The notes: a model not told the origin generated them from the letters alone. Counted from the stretch's first letter, positions 28,093 through 40,169 are shown. The stretch: DNA of 64,000 bases from an uncultured Acidobacteriaceae bacterium (GCA_963743585.1 CAVUQI010000001.1:500476-564475), one strand, 5' to 3'. Translations and numbers: made by a program.

Positions 28093-29568
28093 ATGTCTAC
28101 GCTAGTGGAATGTGTGCCCAATTTTTCGGAGGGCTGCGATAAAGAAAAAGTGGATGCCATTGTTTCGGCAATGAAGATTGATGGGGTTTACGTGCTCGAC
28201 CGCGAAATGGATGCCGACCACAATCGCAGCGTGATCACGCTGGTGGGCGAGCGTGAAGCGATTCAGGAGGCGGCCATTCGCGGAGTTGGCAAAGCTGCTG
28301 AGTTGATTGATTTGTGCGTTCACAAAGGCGCGCATCCGCGGATGGGCGCGGCAGACGTGGTGCCGTTCATTCCGATCGAAGGCGTGACCATTGAAGATTG
28401 CGTGGCCATGGCAAAGCACGTCGCGGCGGAGATCTGGAAACGGTATCAGATTCCGGTTTATTTGTACGAAGCTGCAGCGGCGGTACCAGAGCGGCAGAAT
28501 TTGGAAAATATACGGCGCGGGCAGTTCGAGGGCATACGTGCGGAGATTGCGACCAATCCCGCGCGTAAGCCGGATTTCGGAGAATGCAGAGTACATCCCA
28601 CGGCGGGCGCAACCGTTGTAGGAGCGCGCAAGTTTTTGATTGCTTACAACGTTTTTTTGAGCACGCCGGATGTGGAGATTGCGAAAAAGATTGCCAAGGC
28701 CGTGAGGTTTTCGAACGGAGGCATGCGCTTCGTTAAAGGCGCGGGATTTCTAGTACGCGGACAGGCGCAGGTCTCGATGAATCTGACGGATTTTGAGCAG
28801 ACCCCGGTGCACCGCGTATTCGAGATGGTGAAGCGCGAGGCAGCGCGATACGGCGTGATGCCGGTATCGAGCGAGATTGTGGGCCTGATTCCGAAAAAGG
28901 CGCTGGAGCAGGCCTCGGAATGGTTTCTTCAGGTGGAGAATTTCGATTCGTCTTTAATTCTGGAAAACCGGTTGACAGCTGTGATGAGCGGCAAGATGGC
29001 TGTCGGCGGATTGCGCGCGGGAGTGGAACCGTTCATCGAACAACTTGCCGCGCCCACGGCCACACCTGGCGGCGGCAGTGCCGCAGCAGCGGCTGGCGCA
29101 ATGGCTGCAGGACTCGCAACCATGGTCGCCTCGATGTCGCGAGGTAAGAAGGCGTATGTGCAATACGAGACGGAGCTGAGTTCCGCGATCGCGAGGCTGA
29201 GTGCGCTGCGCGAGGACTTGAAAGCCGCCGTGGATGCCGATGCCGCGACCTACGATGCGGTAATGAAAGCCTATAAACAGGCGAAGATCGATCCCCCGAA
29301 TGCTGACGTGCTGATCGATACCGGCTTGAAACAGGCGACCGCAGTGCCGCTCGGGGTCGCCGAAAAAGCCAAGGAAGTGGCGCAGATCGCGAAAAGTCTA
29401 TTTGCCATTACGAATCCCCACATGAAATCGGATTTGACTACCGCCCAGGCATTGGCGCAGGCGGCAATTACCGGCGCACTGGCCAACGTGGAGATCAATC
29501 TAGGGTCGCTAAAGGATCAGAGTTTCGCCGCGGAAGTGCGAAAGCGGGCCGAGGCATTGGCAGATTGA
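28093..29568 (+). CDS. ftcD: Bifunctional glutamate formimidoyltransferase / formiminotetrahydrofolate cyclodeaminase
   Basis: N-terminus MSTLVECVPNFSEG is typical of the formimidoyltransferase. The C-terminal 190 aa form an all-helical cyclodeaminase-like domain (TPGGGSAAAAAGAMAAGL). Confidence 0.85.
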   Translation: MSTLVECVPNFSEGCDKEKVDAIVSAMKIDGVYVLDREMDADHNRSVITLVGEREAIQEAAIRGVGKAAELIDLCVHKGAHPRMGAADVVPFIPIEGVTIEDCVAMAKHVAAEIWKRYQIPVYLYEAAAAVPERQNLENIRRGQFEGIRAEIATNPARKPDFGECRVHPTAGATVVGARKFLIAYNVFLSTPDVEIAKKIAKAVRFSNGGMRFVKGAGFLVRGQAQVSMNLTDFEQTPVHRVFEMVKREAARYGVMPVSSEIVGLIPKKALEQASEWFLQVENFDSSLILENRLTAVMSGKMAVGGLRAGVEPFIEQLAAPTATPGGGSAAAAAGAMAAGLATMVASMSRGKKAYVQYETELSSAIARLSALREDLKAAVDADAATYDAVMKAYKQAKIDPPNADVLIDTGLKQATAVPLGVAEKAKEVAQIAKSLFAITNPHMKSDLTTAQALAQAAITGALANVEINLGSLKDQSFAAEVRKRAEALAD

Positions 29569-29636
29569 CGGCTCCGTCCAGCAGGCTTTTCAGAAGCCAG
29601 CTTTCCGCGGATCGGATCTACCAGCGAAGACCACCC

Positions 29637-29665
29637 TTGACAATCCATCGCTCACATCCTATAAT
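29637..29665 (+). promoter_or_regulatory. Sigma-70 type consensus promoter of groESL
   Basis: TTGACA (29637..29642), 17-nt spacer, TATAAT (29660..29665). Confidence 0.65.
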
Positions 29666-29691
29666 CAGCACTCAGTAGGCGAGAGTGCTAA
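29665..29691 (+). promoter_or_regulatory. CIRCE operator (HrcA binding site)
   Basis: TCAGCACTC-agtaggcga-GAGTGCTAA against the consensus TTAGCACTC-N9-GAGTGCTAA. It begins at the last base of the -10 box. Confidence 0.85.
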
Positions 29692-29769
29692 CACTTAAGC
29701 CGAAATCCCCATAATTTCATAGGATTACGCAGTATCAACCTTCTACCAACTTTGAAAGGAGTTGCAACT

Positions 29770-30105
29770 ATGGCTAAGTTCACACCGCTACACGACCGCA
29801 TCCTGGTTCGTCGCGTGGAAGAAGCGACCACCACCCGGGGCGGCATCATCATTCCCGACAGCGCAAAAGACAAACCGCAGGAAGGTGAAGTCATTTCCGT
29901 CGGCAAAGGCAAAATCAACGAAGACGGCAAGACCTTCCCGCTCGACGTGAAAGACGGCGACCGCATTCTGTTCGGCAAGTACTCCGGCACTGAGATCAAA
30001 ATTGATGGCGAAGACTTCATCATCATGAAGGAAGACGAAGTTCTCGGCATTCTGACCGGCGCGGCCAACCCGTCAAAGAAGGAAACCGTCGGCTCCAAGC
30101 GGTAA
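29770..30105 (+). CDS. groES: Co-chaperonin GroES
   Basis: [45 protein letters not shown]; about 15-aa C-terminal extension. Confidence 0.95.
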   Translation: MAKFTPLHDRILVRRVEEATTTRGGIIIPDSAKDKPQEGEVISVGKGKINEDGKTFPLDVKDGDRILFGKYSGTEIKIDGEDFIIMKEDEVLGILTGAANPSKKETVGSKR

Positions 30106-31884
<1,779 letters not shown>

Positions 31885-31956
31885 AAGTGTGGCGCGGGCA
31901 CCCTCGCCCGCGAAGGCCGCCAGCGCTAAGCTGCCAGCCATTTACAAACTCAAAGG

Positions 31957-31984
31957 CCTCGCTCGCAAGAGCGGGGCTTTTTTG
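31957..31984 (+). terminator. Rho-independent terminator after groEL
   Basis: CCTCGCTC-gcaa-GAGCGGGG followed by CTTTTTTG. Confidence 0.7.
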
Positions 31985-32153
31985 CGTCTAAGGTTCCAAG
32001 GGGACAGGCTCGGAAGGGATAGGCTCGGGAAGGGCACGAACTTCAGTCGTGCCGTAGAGCGCTATGCGTCACGCGGCTTCAGCCGCTGAGGGCCAGCCAG
32101 CCATCGAGTTTGAAGCCTGGGAAGGCGGATGCCGATACCGTCTTCTCCGACCT

Positions 32154-33593
32154 TTACATCGGCTTCGCAGGGCCCGCTGGAGCCGAAGCTGCACCAGCCG
32201 CAACGGCGCTCATTTCACGTTCTCGGGATACAGCAGGTTCGGACACGGGAGTTTTTAGGCATAGCTCCACCGCTTCGCCCATGCTTTGGGACTCCTGCTC
32301 TTTCGTGGTCACCCAGCTGTTGAATCTGGCTTTGTCGCGGGCCAAAGCTTCCATGTTGCGGCTGATGCGCGCCGTGTAGTGCGCCTTGATGCTCTCCAGT
32401 TCCGCCTGAATGTGGGTAATTTCTTCGGCCTTGCGCGCCCACTCGGCCTCAGCCTGTTTCTTCTGCTCGGTCTCGTAGCCGTCAAGGGCATTCTGCCGCG
32501 CCTTGCCGTCCCGCTGCACTTGCTCGATCGTCACTCCCGCGGCATCGAGGGCCATCAGCAATGCAGCCCGCTTGGTTTCTTTCGAGAGCCCGCGAATGTG
32601 CTCGCTGTTCAGCATCTCAACCACTTTCGGCACACTGTACCCTTTGCGCGGACTCACAATGCCGGCGGTGCGGTAAATGTCTTCCATGGGCAGCAACTCG
32701 ACCTGGAACGCAGGCACTTCGCGTGCAGAAATCGATGCGGTTTTTTCCATATTTTGAGCGGACTGCGGCATAGACATACGATTCTCCTTCGCCATGGCAT
32801 TCTTTTTGATTTCGCTGCTGTTGGTGATTTCGTCGGGCTTCGCGTTCTCACTCTCGCCCGCGGCGGCGGCGTCCTGTTTGTTGTGCCATGGCGCTAGTCC
32901 GAGCCATTTGTGTGCCATAGGTTTCCTTTCCCTGTCAGTTGCTTTTCGCGCAGAAGTGTCTTCAGCGCGCTGTTGAATCTGGCGATATTCAGTCTGGCGT
33001 TGCTCATTCTGGCCTTGTTCCTTCTGGAGAAGACCTTGTAAATCTTCCCGCTTCGGCTTGCGCGGACGCTGCTTGTCCATCAAGCTCACCGACTGCAGCA
33101 ACGGCGTAATCTCAATTGTTTTTGGGCCTGCGGAATTTTCGCCGAGAATTTCTTTGACAGTTTCGCGGCTTCCAGACTCCCCGAGTCGACCGCGCGTCTC
33201 AGCCGGCGACATTCTGGTCTCTATGATTGGGGCTGGCTTATTCTTCACCGTTACAACTTGGCGATTTTTGCCGTCTGAACCTTGGCGCGAATCGGCAGAT
33301 TTGACTTCGCCTTGGTGCGAAGCGGAAGAAGTCGCAGCCCTCTGGATGCCAACGACATACTCGCGGCCCTCGCGCCGGCAATATCTGACGATGCCCGCGA
33401 ACTGCTCGAAACGCCACTGGATGCTTAACCTGGAGCCCTCCACTACCGGTGTTTTCATCCGGAGACACGCGCCGCTGGCGGACTTATCCTCCATACAGGC
33501 ACGAGCCTTCTGCACAACTCCGTTCTGCTCTTCCCACGACACGTCCACCAGGATCATCACCGGTGTGCGTAGCTCAGGCATAGCTGCGGCCAT
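32154..33593 (-). CDS. PilZ-domain protein with long disordered linker and C-terminal coiled-coil region
   Basis: The N-terminal 90 aa resemble a PilZ beta-barrel (...SRLSIQWRFEQFAGIVRYCRREGREYVVGIQ). The middle is Lys/Glu/Gln-rich low complexity. The C-terminus carries heptad-like repeats. Confidence 0.6.
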   Translation of the reverse strand: MAAAMPELRTPVMILVDVSWEEQNGVVQKARACMEDKSASGACLRMKTPVVEGSRLSIQWRFEQFAGIVRYCRREGREYVVGIQRAATSSASHQGEVKSADSRQGSDGKNRQVVTVKNKPAPIIETRMSPAETRGRLGESGSRETVKEILGENSAGPKTIEITPLLQSVSLMDKQRPRKPKREDLQGLLQKEQGQNEQRQTEYRQIQQRAEDTSARKATDRERKPMAHKWLGLAPWHNKQDAAAAGESENAKPDEITNSSEIKKNAMAKENRMSMPQSAQNMEKTASISAREVPAFQVELLPMEDIYRTAGIVSPRKGYSVPKVVEMLNSEHIRGLSKETKRAALLMALDAAGVTIEQVQRDGKARQNALDGYETEQKKQAEAEWARKAEEITHIQAELESIKAHYTARISRNMEALARDKARFNSWVTTKEQESQSMGEAVELCLKTPVSEPAVSREREMSAVAAGAASAPAGPAKPM

Positions 33594-33690
33594 GAGAAAT
33601 TTATCGGCAGCCAGTGAAATGAGTTCAGAAACTAAAGAGTTTCCTGATTTGGAAGAAGGGTAAACGCGTTCCCGTTTTAGCGCATGCTAG

Positions 33691-36531
33691 CTAGTCTCCA
33701 CCCGCCGGGAAAACCGTGTGCCTCGGCGTAGGCAGCGGCGTGTTGCCTTTCCGGTCGCGCCACAGGACCTCATTCAACTTCGCGGCGTCGGCTGCGTCGG
33801 GACGGGAGAAATCCATTTTGGAAGATTCGCTGGCGCCGGCTGCATCGCCTCGGTTGCGTTCGTAGATCAGTCCGTTATTCAGGTTTCGGCGGTCAGCGTG
33901 GAATGCAGGCTGGTTGCCCGCACCGGCGAACATCGGTGCCATGACCGGAGCGTAAGCATCGTTCTGATTCATCGGAGGCAGGCCCAGCAGCAACTCCATG
34001 GTGTGAATCAGATTTACCGTCGTATAAAAACCATGATCGACGTAAGGCGCGGCCGCCGATCCCGGCGAAAATTTGCTGATTACGAACGCAGTCGAACGAT
34101 GGGCGTCAACGTGATCGGCCCCATCCTGCGCATCGTCTTCAAGAATGAAGATCGCGGTGTCATCCCAGTACGGACTGTGCGAAACCGCCTCGACCACACG
34201 GCCGACCGCCAGATCGTTGTCCGCCACCGACGCCGCAGGGCGCGGATGGCCAGCTCGCGTGCCGCCGGTGTGATCGTCGGGAAGATAAAGCAGCACGAAC
34301 GCGGGAAGCTGAAACTGCCGGCTCTCGTTCTCTTCGCGCGCACGCACATAAGCACCGAATTCGTTGAGAAATTCATCGGCGCGAAGCTGGTCCGGGTAGT
34401 CCGTGTTGAAGTCGGGATAAAGCGCATCGAAGTGATCGCGCAAGTCCGCCTTAGTGGCTTTCATTTTCTTGAACACCGGCACGTCCCACGGCCAAGGACT
34501 CTCGCTGCCGTGTGGATCGCCGACATTCGGCTCCAGTTTTTCCCCTTGACTGACTTCAGTCCGCGGGCACGAAGCTTCAAGCGACGAAGGAGTTCCCTGT
34601 TCCGGCACCGCTGCCTTGCGCATTTTGTTGCACCACACGGCATCGACGAATTCCCCGTAATCGCGGTAGGTCAATCCGTGGCTGGCAAGATTGTCCCAGA
34701 GAAATCCGGTCGAGGGATCGTCGATATCGGACTCGTTATGGTCCAAAGGAAACTCACCCGCGACCGTTCCTTGAAAGTCATAGGTTCGCTCCTTGCCGCG
34801 GTAGCCAATCTGCCAGGTCTTTTCGTTATAGTCGCTGGTAATCGCGGCAGTGAACCATTGATGGCCGTCCCCGGAAACCTCGCCGCTATCGTAAAAATCA
34901 TCGAGCACGCCGAATTGCAAGGCCAGCTTGTGCTCGTTGGGCGTGATGTCTTCGCCGTAAAGCGTAAGCGATGGATCGCCATTGCCGATTTTCTTATCGC
35001 CCAACCTCAGATCACCAAGCATCTGATCGTAAGTGCGATTCTCTTTAATAATGTAGATCACATGCTTGATCGGATCTCCGCCGCCGGCGAACTGAATCAC
35101 TCCAGGGTTTTTATGCAATAAGTTGTCTCGCTCGACGACGCTGGTGAGTTCTTCCAGCTTCCCGAGAGTCGAAGGGATATTCAGCCGCGCAATCGATCCG
35201 TATAAAAGCGTGGGAATGTAGGGATGCTCGTGATGTTTGATTTCCCATGGCGTCTTGCCCATATCTGCGTCAGGTCTCGTACCGGTTCCTTTAGCGGTGG
35301 CGATCAGCAGATCGTCTCCCCGAACGGCGAGCGCGCTCGGATACCAATCGGTTGGAATAAAGCCGAATGCTGGTTGTGAATTGGCAGCGCGCGAGTGCGG
35401 AACATTCGAGATTAGCTGAGCGGTGTCGAGCACTGCGACCGCATCCGAGGATGCATCGGCCACAAATAATCGTTTGCCATCTTCCGACTGGGCCAATGCG
35501 CTGGGATATGTGCCGTTGTATTCCTGATTCCGCACGGTCGTGCTGAACAGCGCGACCGGCTGGCCGTCATCGGTTGAGACCGCGGCAACCGCATCCGCAT
35601 TCGACAAAGCAACATACAAAAGCTTCTCGTCTGGACTGAGAAGCATGGCGGTGGGGTGAGATCCGGGGGCAATGCGTTTCTTCGGTTCCTCCAATTTAAT
35701 CCAACGCACGACTTTGCCGCTGATCAAATCCAGTTCGGCGACCTGCGACGCGTTCCACAAGCTGCACCAGGCACGGCGGCCATCGCGTGTGCCGACGACG
35801 GTATACGGAAACGACGATGGCACCAGATCGTTCGTGCTGAGGTCGAAATCCTGAAGAATCTTTCCGCTCGCAATATCGAGCAGCACGACGTTGTCGGAAA
35901 GATTATAAGCCACCAGCAGCCGATCGCCTGTTTTATCCCGCACCAATGCCAGCCCGGCGGGATATGGAATCGCTGTACCCTGCGGGGTCTTGCGCAATTC
36001 GATGGCGACCTTTTTCCCGGCTGCAAGCTTTTGCGGCCGGATCGCGATGAATCGCTCCGGGGAAACTTTCCCCTCCGCGAAACGGTACACAGCGATGCCA
36101 TTGCCCAGGTCTCCCGGCTTTTCACCGGAGGGATCGGTGACTGAACCTACCGAGGCGTACAGGTGCTTGCCATCCGCTCCGAACACGAGTCCCAAAAAAT
36201 AGCTCTGGCGAGCGTCTTCCCCGAAGCGCTTGTCAGGAAAATCGGAGAGTCGATTGCTTTTGAGGTCCAGGACTGAGATCGACTGCGTACCTAATGTCTC
36301 CTGAGTGCCATAGCCATCATTCAAAAGCACCGCGTAGCGTCCATCGGAACTAACGGCGATTGTGGCAGGAAAGCTGTTGGTGCGGGCGACGCGGCCCGGC
36401 GACGGACTCGTCAGCGTTTTGCTGGTGGGAAGCGAAATCGAAGATTCGTTTTGTTGGCCCTGCTGAGATAAAAGTGCAGTCGATGCCGCGAATACCGTCA
36501 TCGCAAGGACAATACGACAGGATCGAGTCAC
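33691..36531 (-). CDS. Fusion protein: N-terminal YncE/lactonase-like beta-propeller + C-terminal phosphoesterase (PlcC/AcpA, alkaline-phosphatase superfamily)
   Basis: Signal peptide. Repeated propeller blades. The C-terminal half has HVIYIIKENRTYDQMLGD and DDHTGG...EDDAQDGADHVDAHRS, typical of the phosphoesterase family. Confidence 0.8.
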   Translation of the reverse strand: MTRSCRIVLAMTVFAASTALLSQQGQQNESSISLPTSKTLTSPSPGRVARTNSFPATIAVSSDGRYAVLLNDGYGTQETLGTQSISVLDLKSNRLSDFPDKRFGEDARQSYFLGLVFGADGKHLYASVGSVTDPSGEKPGDLGNGIAVYRFAEGKVSPERFIAIRPQKLAAGKKVAIELRKTPQGTAIPYPAGLALVRDKTGDRLLVAYNLSDNVVLLDIASGKILQDFDLSTNDLVPSSFPYTVVGTRDGRRAWCSLWNASQVAELDLISGKVVRWIKLEEPKKRIAPGSHPTAMLLSPDEKLLYVALSNADAVAAVSTDDGQPVALFSTTVRNQEYNGTYPSALAQSEDGKRLFVADASSDAVAVLDTAQLISNVPHSRAANSQPAFGFIPTDWYPSALAVRGDDLLIATAKGTGTRPDADMGKTPWEIKHHEHPYIPTLLYGSIARLNIPSTLGKLEELTSVVERDNLLHKNPGVIQFAGGGDPIKHVIYIIKENRTYDQMLGDLRLGDKKIGNGDPSLTLYGEDITPNEHKLALQFGVLDDFYDSGEVSGDGHQWFTAAITSDYNEKTWQIGYRGKERTYDFQGTVAGEFPLDHNESDIDDPSTGFLWDNLASHGLTYRDYGEFVDAVWCNKMRKAAVPEQGTPSSLEASCPRTEVSQGEKLEPNVGDPHGSESPWPWDVPVFKKMKATKADLRDHFDALYPDFNTDYPDQLRADEFLNEFGAYVRAREENESRQFQLPAFVLLYLPDDHTGGTRAGHPRPAASVADNDLAVGRVVEAVSHSPYWDDTAIFILEDDAQDGADHVDAHRSTAFVISKFSPGSAAAPYVDHGFYTTVNLIHTMELLLGLPPMNQNDAYAPVMAPMFAGAGNQPAFHADRRNLNNGLIYERNRGDAAGASESSKMDFSRPDAADAAKLNEVLWRDRKGNTPLPTPRHTVFPAGGD

Positions 36532-36629
36532 ACGACCTCCGGCCTCTGAGAATGCTGATTAGAGACTACAGAAGAGACGAGCGTAAACGATACCGATACT
36601 TCGGTCAAAGAGGTCTTCGGCCAAGGAGG

Positions 36630-37352
36630 TCAGTCTAATCCGCCGGAGGCGCGAACCGGTCCCGGAACACCGGGTGTGTGGTCGACATGCTCGTCCGGAT
36701 TTACGTTGTGCCGCACATCGGAGCCTTGCACCCAGAAGATGACATCCTCGGCAATATTGGTGGCGTGGTCGGCAACGCGCTCCAGATTCCGCGCGACCAG
36801 CAGCGCATCGAGCGCCTGTCGCACCGCTTCCGGACGCTGATTCATCGTCTTCACCAGCTGGATGAAAGCATCATCTTTCATGCGGTCGATTACGTTGTCC
36901 ATCTCCAAGACGGCCTGCGCAAGTTCAACTTTGGCTTCAATAAATGACTCCAATGCTCTGCGAACCATGGCGCTTACGGCCGACCCCATCCGCGCAATGT
37001 CTACCGGAAGTTCGACCACGGGCAGATCGATCATATCCATCACACGCTCGGCAATGTTGACCGCCTGGTCGCCCACGCGTTCGAGGTCGGAATTGATCTT
37101 GGTTACGGCAAGAATGAAGCGCAGATCGACTGCCATGGGCTGCTGCATCGCGAGCAGATCGAAGGCCGCCTCATCGATTTCGCGCTCGGAATTGTTGATC
37201 AGACTCTCGCCTTCGAGAACCATCTGGCAGCGATTCAGATCGCGGTCCACGTAGGCTTGCCGGGCACGATCCACCGCCTGTTCCGCCAGCCCACCCATAC
37301 GGAGCAACTTCTGCCGTAAATCGTCCAGCCCTTGTTGAAAGCGAGTTCGCAT
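36630..37352 (-). CDS. phoU: Phosphate signalling complex protein PhoU
   Basis: Two PhoU repeats (ERVGDQAVNIAE / ERVADHATNIAED); directly downstream of pstB. Confidence 0.9.
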   Translation of the reverse strand: MRTRFQQGLDDLRQKLLRMGGLAEQAVDRARQAYVDRDLNRCQMVLEGESLINNSEREIDEAAFDLLAMQQPMAVDLRFILAVTKINSDLERVGDQAVNIAERVMDMIDLPVVELPVDIARMGSAVSAMVRRALESFIEAKVELAQAVLEMDNVIDRMKDDAFIQLVKTMNQRPEAVRQALDALLVARNLERVADHATNIAEDVIFWVQGSDVRHNVNPDEHVDHTPGVPGPVRASGGLD

Positions 37353-37384
37353 TATTTTTCGAACCTTCCTCGTTACACTCCAGC

Positions 37385-38143
37385 TTATCCGAACCTTCCC
37401 GTAATGTAATCTTCCGTCTTTTTATCCGACGGCTTGGTGAAGATTTTCTCGGTCTTGTCGAATTCAATCATCTTCCCCAGCAGGAAAAACCCAGTGAACT
37501 CAGCCACTCGCGCCGCCTGCTGCATGTTATGGGTGACAATAACGATGGTATACCGCTCTTTAAGCTGAAAAATCAATTCCTCGATCTTACCCGTCGAAAT
37601 GGGGTCAAGCGCCGAGCACGGCTCATCCATCAGCAGGACTTCGGGTTCTACGGCAAGCGCCCGCGCAATGCACAGCCGCTGCTGCTGACCACCAGAGAGG
37701 CTGGCGCCTGATTTCTTGTGAATCGAATCCTTTACTTCATCCCACAGCGCCGCTGAATCCAATGATCGATGCACGATCTCATTCAGCTTTGCGCGATTGC
37801 CAAAACCGTTCAGCTTTAATCCGGAGGCCACGTTGTCATAGATCGACATGGTGGGGAATGGATTCGCTTTCTGAAACACCATTCCAACCCGCCTCCGAAG
37901 CTGCGTGGGCGATGTGCCATTATAAGCGTCGATGTCGCCGATGCGCACGCTGCCGGTCACGGTCGCGTCAGGAATGGTTTCGTGCATGCGATTCAGGCAT
38001 CGAATGAACGTCGACTTGCCACAGCCCGAGGGCCCGATCAGCGCGGTGGCGTGGTTGGCGGCGACCGACAAGCGTATGTCATGCAAGGCTTGCGTCTTGC
38101 CGTACCACGCGTTCAGGTTTTCGACCTCGATGCCTACTCCCAT
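37385..38143 (-). CDS. pstB: Phosphate ABC transporter ATP-binding protein PstB
   Basis: [46 protein letters not shown]. Confidence 0.95.
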   Translation of the reverse strand: MGVGIEVENLNAWYGKTQALHDIRLSVAANHATALIGPSGCGKSTFIRCLNRMHETIPDATVTGSVRIGDIDAYNGTSPTQLRRRVGMVFQKANPFPTMSIYDNVASGLKLNGFGNRAKLNEIVHRSLDSAALWDEVKDSIHKKSGASLSGGQQQRLCIARALAVEPEVLLMDEPCSALDPISTGKIEELIFQLKERYTIVIVTHNMQQAARVAEFTGFFLLGKMIEFDKTEKIFTKPSDKKTEDYITGRFG

Positions 38144-38146
38144 AAC

Positions 38147-39031
38147 TTATGCCGCTCCGAAGGTACCACGGCGCACCGCAATGCGCACCGCAGCCACTGC
38201 CGTTACGATCAAAACGATCAGCACCAGTGCTCCCGCCCAGGCCTGGCGATGCCATTCGTCGTAGGGAGAAATCGCATAGTTGAAAATCTGCAGCGGCAGC
38301 GCCGCCGTCGGCTGATTGATTTTCAGGTTCCAGAATTGATTGCCGAATGCGGTAAAGAGCAAGGGCGCAGTCTCGCCCGCAACCCGCGCAAACGCCAGCA
38401 TGACCCCGGTAATCACACCGGAAGTCGCCGTCCGCAGAGTGATGGAGAGTGTGGTCCGCCAACGGGGGATGCCCAGCCCATAGGCGGCCTCGCGCAGAGA
38501 TTGGGGCACCAACAGAAGCATTTCTTCGGTCGTGCGGGTGATGGTAGGAATCATCATGATCGCGAGCGCCACTCCTCCAGCAAGCGCGGAAAAATGGCGC
38601 TGCGAAAGCACCACAATGGCATAGGCGACGATTCCCACCACGATCGAAGGCACGCCGTTAAGCACATCGGCAGTAAAGCGAATGGCATCGCCGAATCGAT
38701 TGCGCCCAAACTCGGCCAGATAAATTCCCGCCCCAATTCCCAAGGGAACTCCAATAACGCTGGCGATCGCGAGGATCACACATGAACCTACGATGGCGTT
38801 GGCCATGCCCCCGCCCGCCTCGCCTACCGGCTTCGGAGTTTGCGTCAGGAAAGCTAAGTTGATGGAGCCTATGCCCTTGTAAACCAGGTAGGCAAAGATC
38901 GCGAACAATGGAGCTAAAACTATGATTACGGTGAGAACCGAAGCGGCCGTCATCGCGTGGTCCACGATGCGGCGCCGCAACGCGATTGGCGGAACGTGGT
39001 GCAAAGTCGGATTGTTGGTCTTGTCAGGCAC
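38147..39031 (-). CDS. pstA: Phosphate ABC transporter permease PstA
   Basis: 6-TM permease with the EAA-loop region LREAAYGLGIPRW. GTG 39031 chosen, with an 8-nt overlap onto the pstC stop; the ORF track extends to 39097. Confidence 0.85.
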   Translation of the reverse strand: MPDKTNNPTLHHVPPIALRRRIVDHAMTAASVLTVIIVLAPLFAIFAYLVYKGIGSINLAFLTQTPKPVGEAGGGMANAIVGSCVILAIASVIGVPLGIGAGIYLAEFGRNRFGDAIRFTADVLNGVPSIVVGIVAYAIVVLSQRHFSALAGGVALAIMMIPTITRTTEEMLLLVPQSLREAAYGLGIPRWRTTLSITLRTATSGVITGVMLAFARVAGETAPLLFTAFGNQFWNLKINQPTAALPLQIFNYAISPYDEWHRQAWAGALVLIVLIVTAVAAVRIAVRRGTFGAA

Positions 39032-40064
39032 GGGACCCCATCGCCTGGCCGCGGGTGACGCTCCAGACCAGCAATCTCGCCAATGCATTGACCACAATCG
39101 TCACCAGAAACAGCGCCAGGCCAATTTCGATCAGCGCGGAGAGATATACGTCACCGGTGGCCTCGCTGAATTCGTTCGCCAGCACGCTGGCCATGGTGTA
39201 ACCGGGGGCGAACAAAGACTTCGCAATCTCGGGACGATTGCCAATCACCATGGTGACCGCCATCGTCTCACCCAGTGCGCGGCCCAGCCCGAGAATAATT
39301 CCGCCGACGATTCCCGCCCGCGCGTTGCGCAACACCCCCACTCGAATCATCTCCCACCGGGTCGCACCCAGGGCCAGAGCTGCCTCGCGCTGGTGCCGCG
39401 GCACAACCATCAGAACCTCGCGCGTGATCGAGGAAATAATCGGGATGATCATAATCGCGAGGATAATTCCTGCAGCCAGCATGCTGATCCCGTAGGGCGG
39501 ACCGTCAAACAATCCCGTCCAGCCGAGAGTCTTCCCGAGAAACGGCTCAACGTAATTGCTCAGGATCGGCACCAGAACAAAAATCGCCCACAATCCGTAG
39601 ACCACGCTGGGGATTGCCGCCAGCAGTTCCACAAAAAACGAGAGCGGCCCGCGTAAAGCAACCGGACACATCTCCGTGGTGAAAACGGCAACCCCAATCG
39701 AGAGCGGGACGGCGATCAGCAGCGCGAGAAATGACGAGACCAAGGTCCCGTAAATAAACGGCAGGGCGCCGAATTTTTCATTGACCGGGTCCCATTCACT
39801 GTCACCGAAGAACTTCATTCCGAAGGCATGCCATGACGGCCCGGAGCGCAGGACAAGCTCATATACGATCAATACCAGCGTGGCCAGCACGGCCGCGCCG
39901 CATAAGATCATTGCTCCCTTGAAAATGCGGTCGCCAGTTTCACCGCTTTTTCCCCGCAGGAAGGAGGCAGCCGGAAGCACGACCAGACCGGGCCCGCTAA
40001 CAGCCTTAGATTCAGCAGGTTCTGGCAATGGCATATTGGGCCGCTGTAAGGCAGGATCAGCCAT
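39024..40064 (-). CDS. pstC: Phosphate ABC transporter permease PstC
   Basis: Permease with QREAALALGATRWE; precedes pstA. Confidence 0.85.
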   Translation of the reverse strand: MADPALQRPNMPLPEPAESKAVSGPGLVVLPAASFLRGKSGETGDRIFKGAMILCGAAVLATLVLIVYELVLRSGPSWHAFGMKFFGDSEWDPVNEKFGALPFIYGTLVSSFLALLIAVPLSIGVAVFTTEMCPVALRGPLSFFVELLAAIPSVVYGLWAIFVLVPILSNYVEPFLGKTLGWTGLFDGPPYGISMLAAGIILAIMIIPIISSITREVLMVVPRHQREAALALGATRWEMIRVGVLRNARAGIVGGIILGLGRALGETMAVTMVIGNRPEIAKSLFAPGYTMASVLANEFSEATGDVYLSALIEIGLALFLVTIVVNALARLLVWSVTRGQAMGSRA

Positions 40065-40085
40065 CCTCGCCAGAGTAGCAGGCCA

Positions 40086-40103
40086 CTGTTAACAGGATGT
40101 TAA
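40086..40103. promoter_or_regulatory. Pho-box-like direct repeat (weak call)
   Basis: CTGTTAA-cagg-ATGTTAA: two 7-mers with 11-bp periodicity in the divergent pstC/CHAD intergenic region. Compare the E. coli PhoB half-site CTGTCAT. Confidence 0.25.
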
Positions 40104-40169
40104 AATGGCCCAGCTTGGGGGTTGCTTTCCCTTCCCCGGCGAGGTATCTTCGTCTCCCTCTTAACTTTT

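Noticed and set aside
33718-35121. 467-aa plus-strand ORF. Similar long antisense ORFs are at 8895..9776, 27222..27977, 20930..21736, 40100..40687, 58538..59170 and 38922..39656.
   Set aside because: Each lies opposite a gene with clear family motifs and is Arg/Gly/His-rich low-information sequence.
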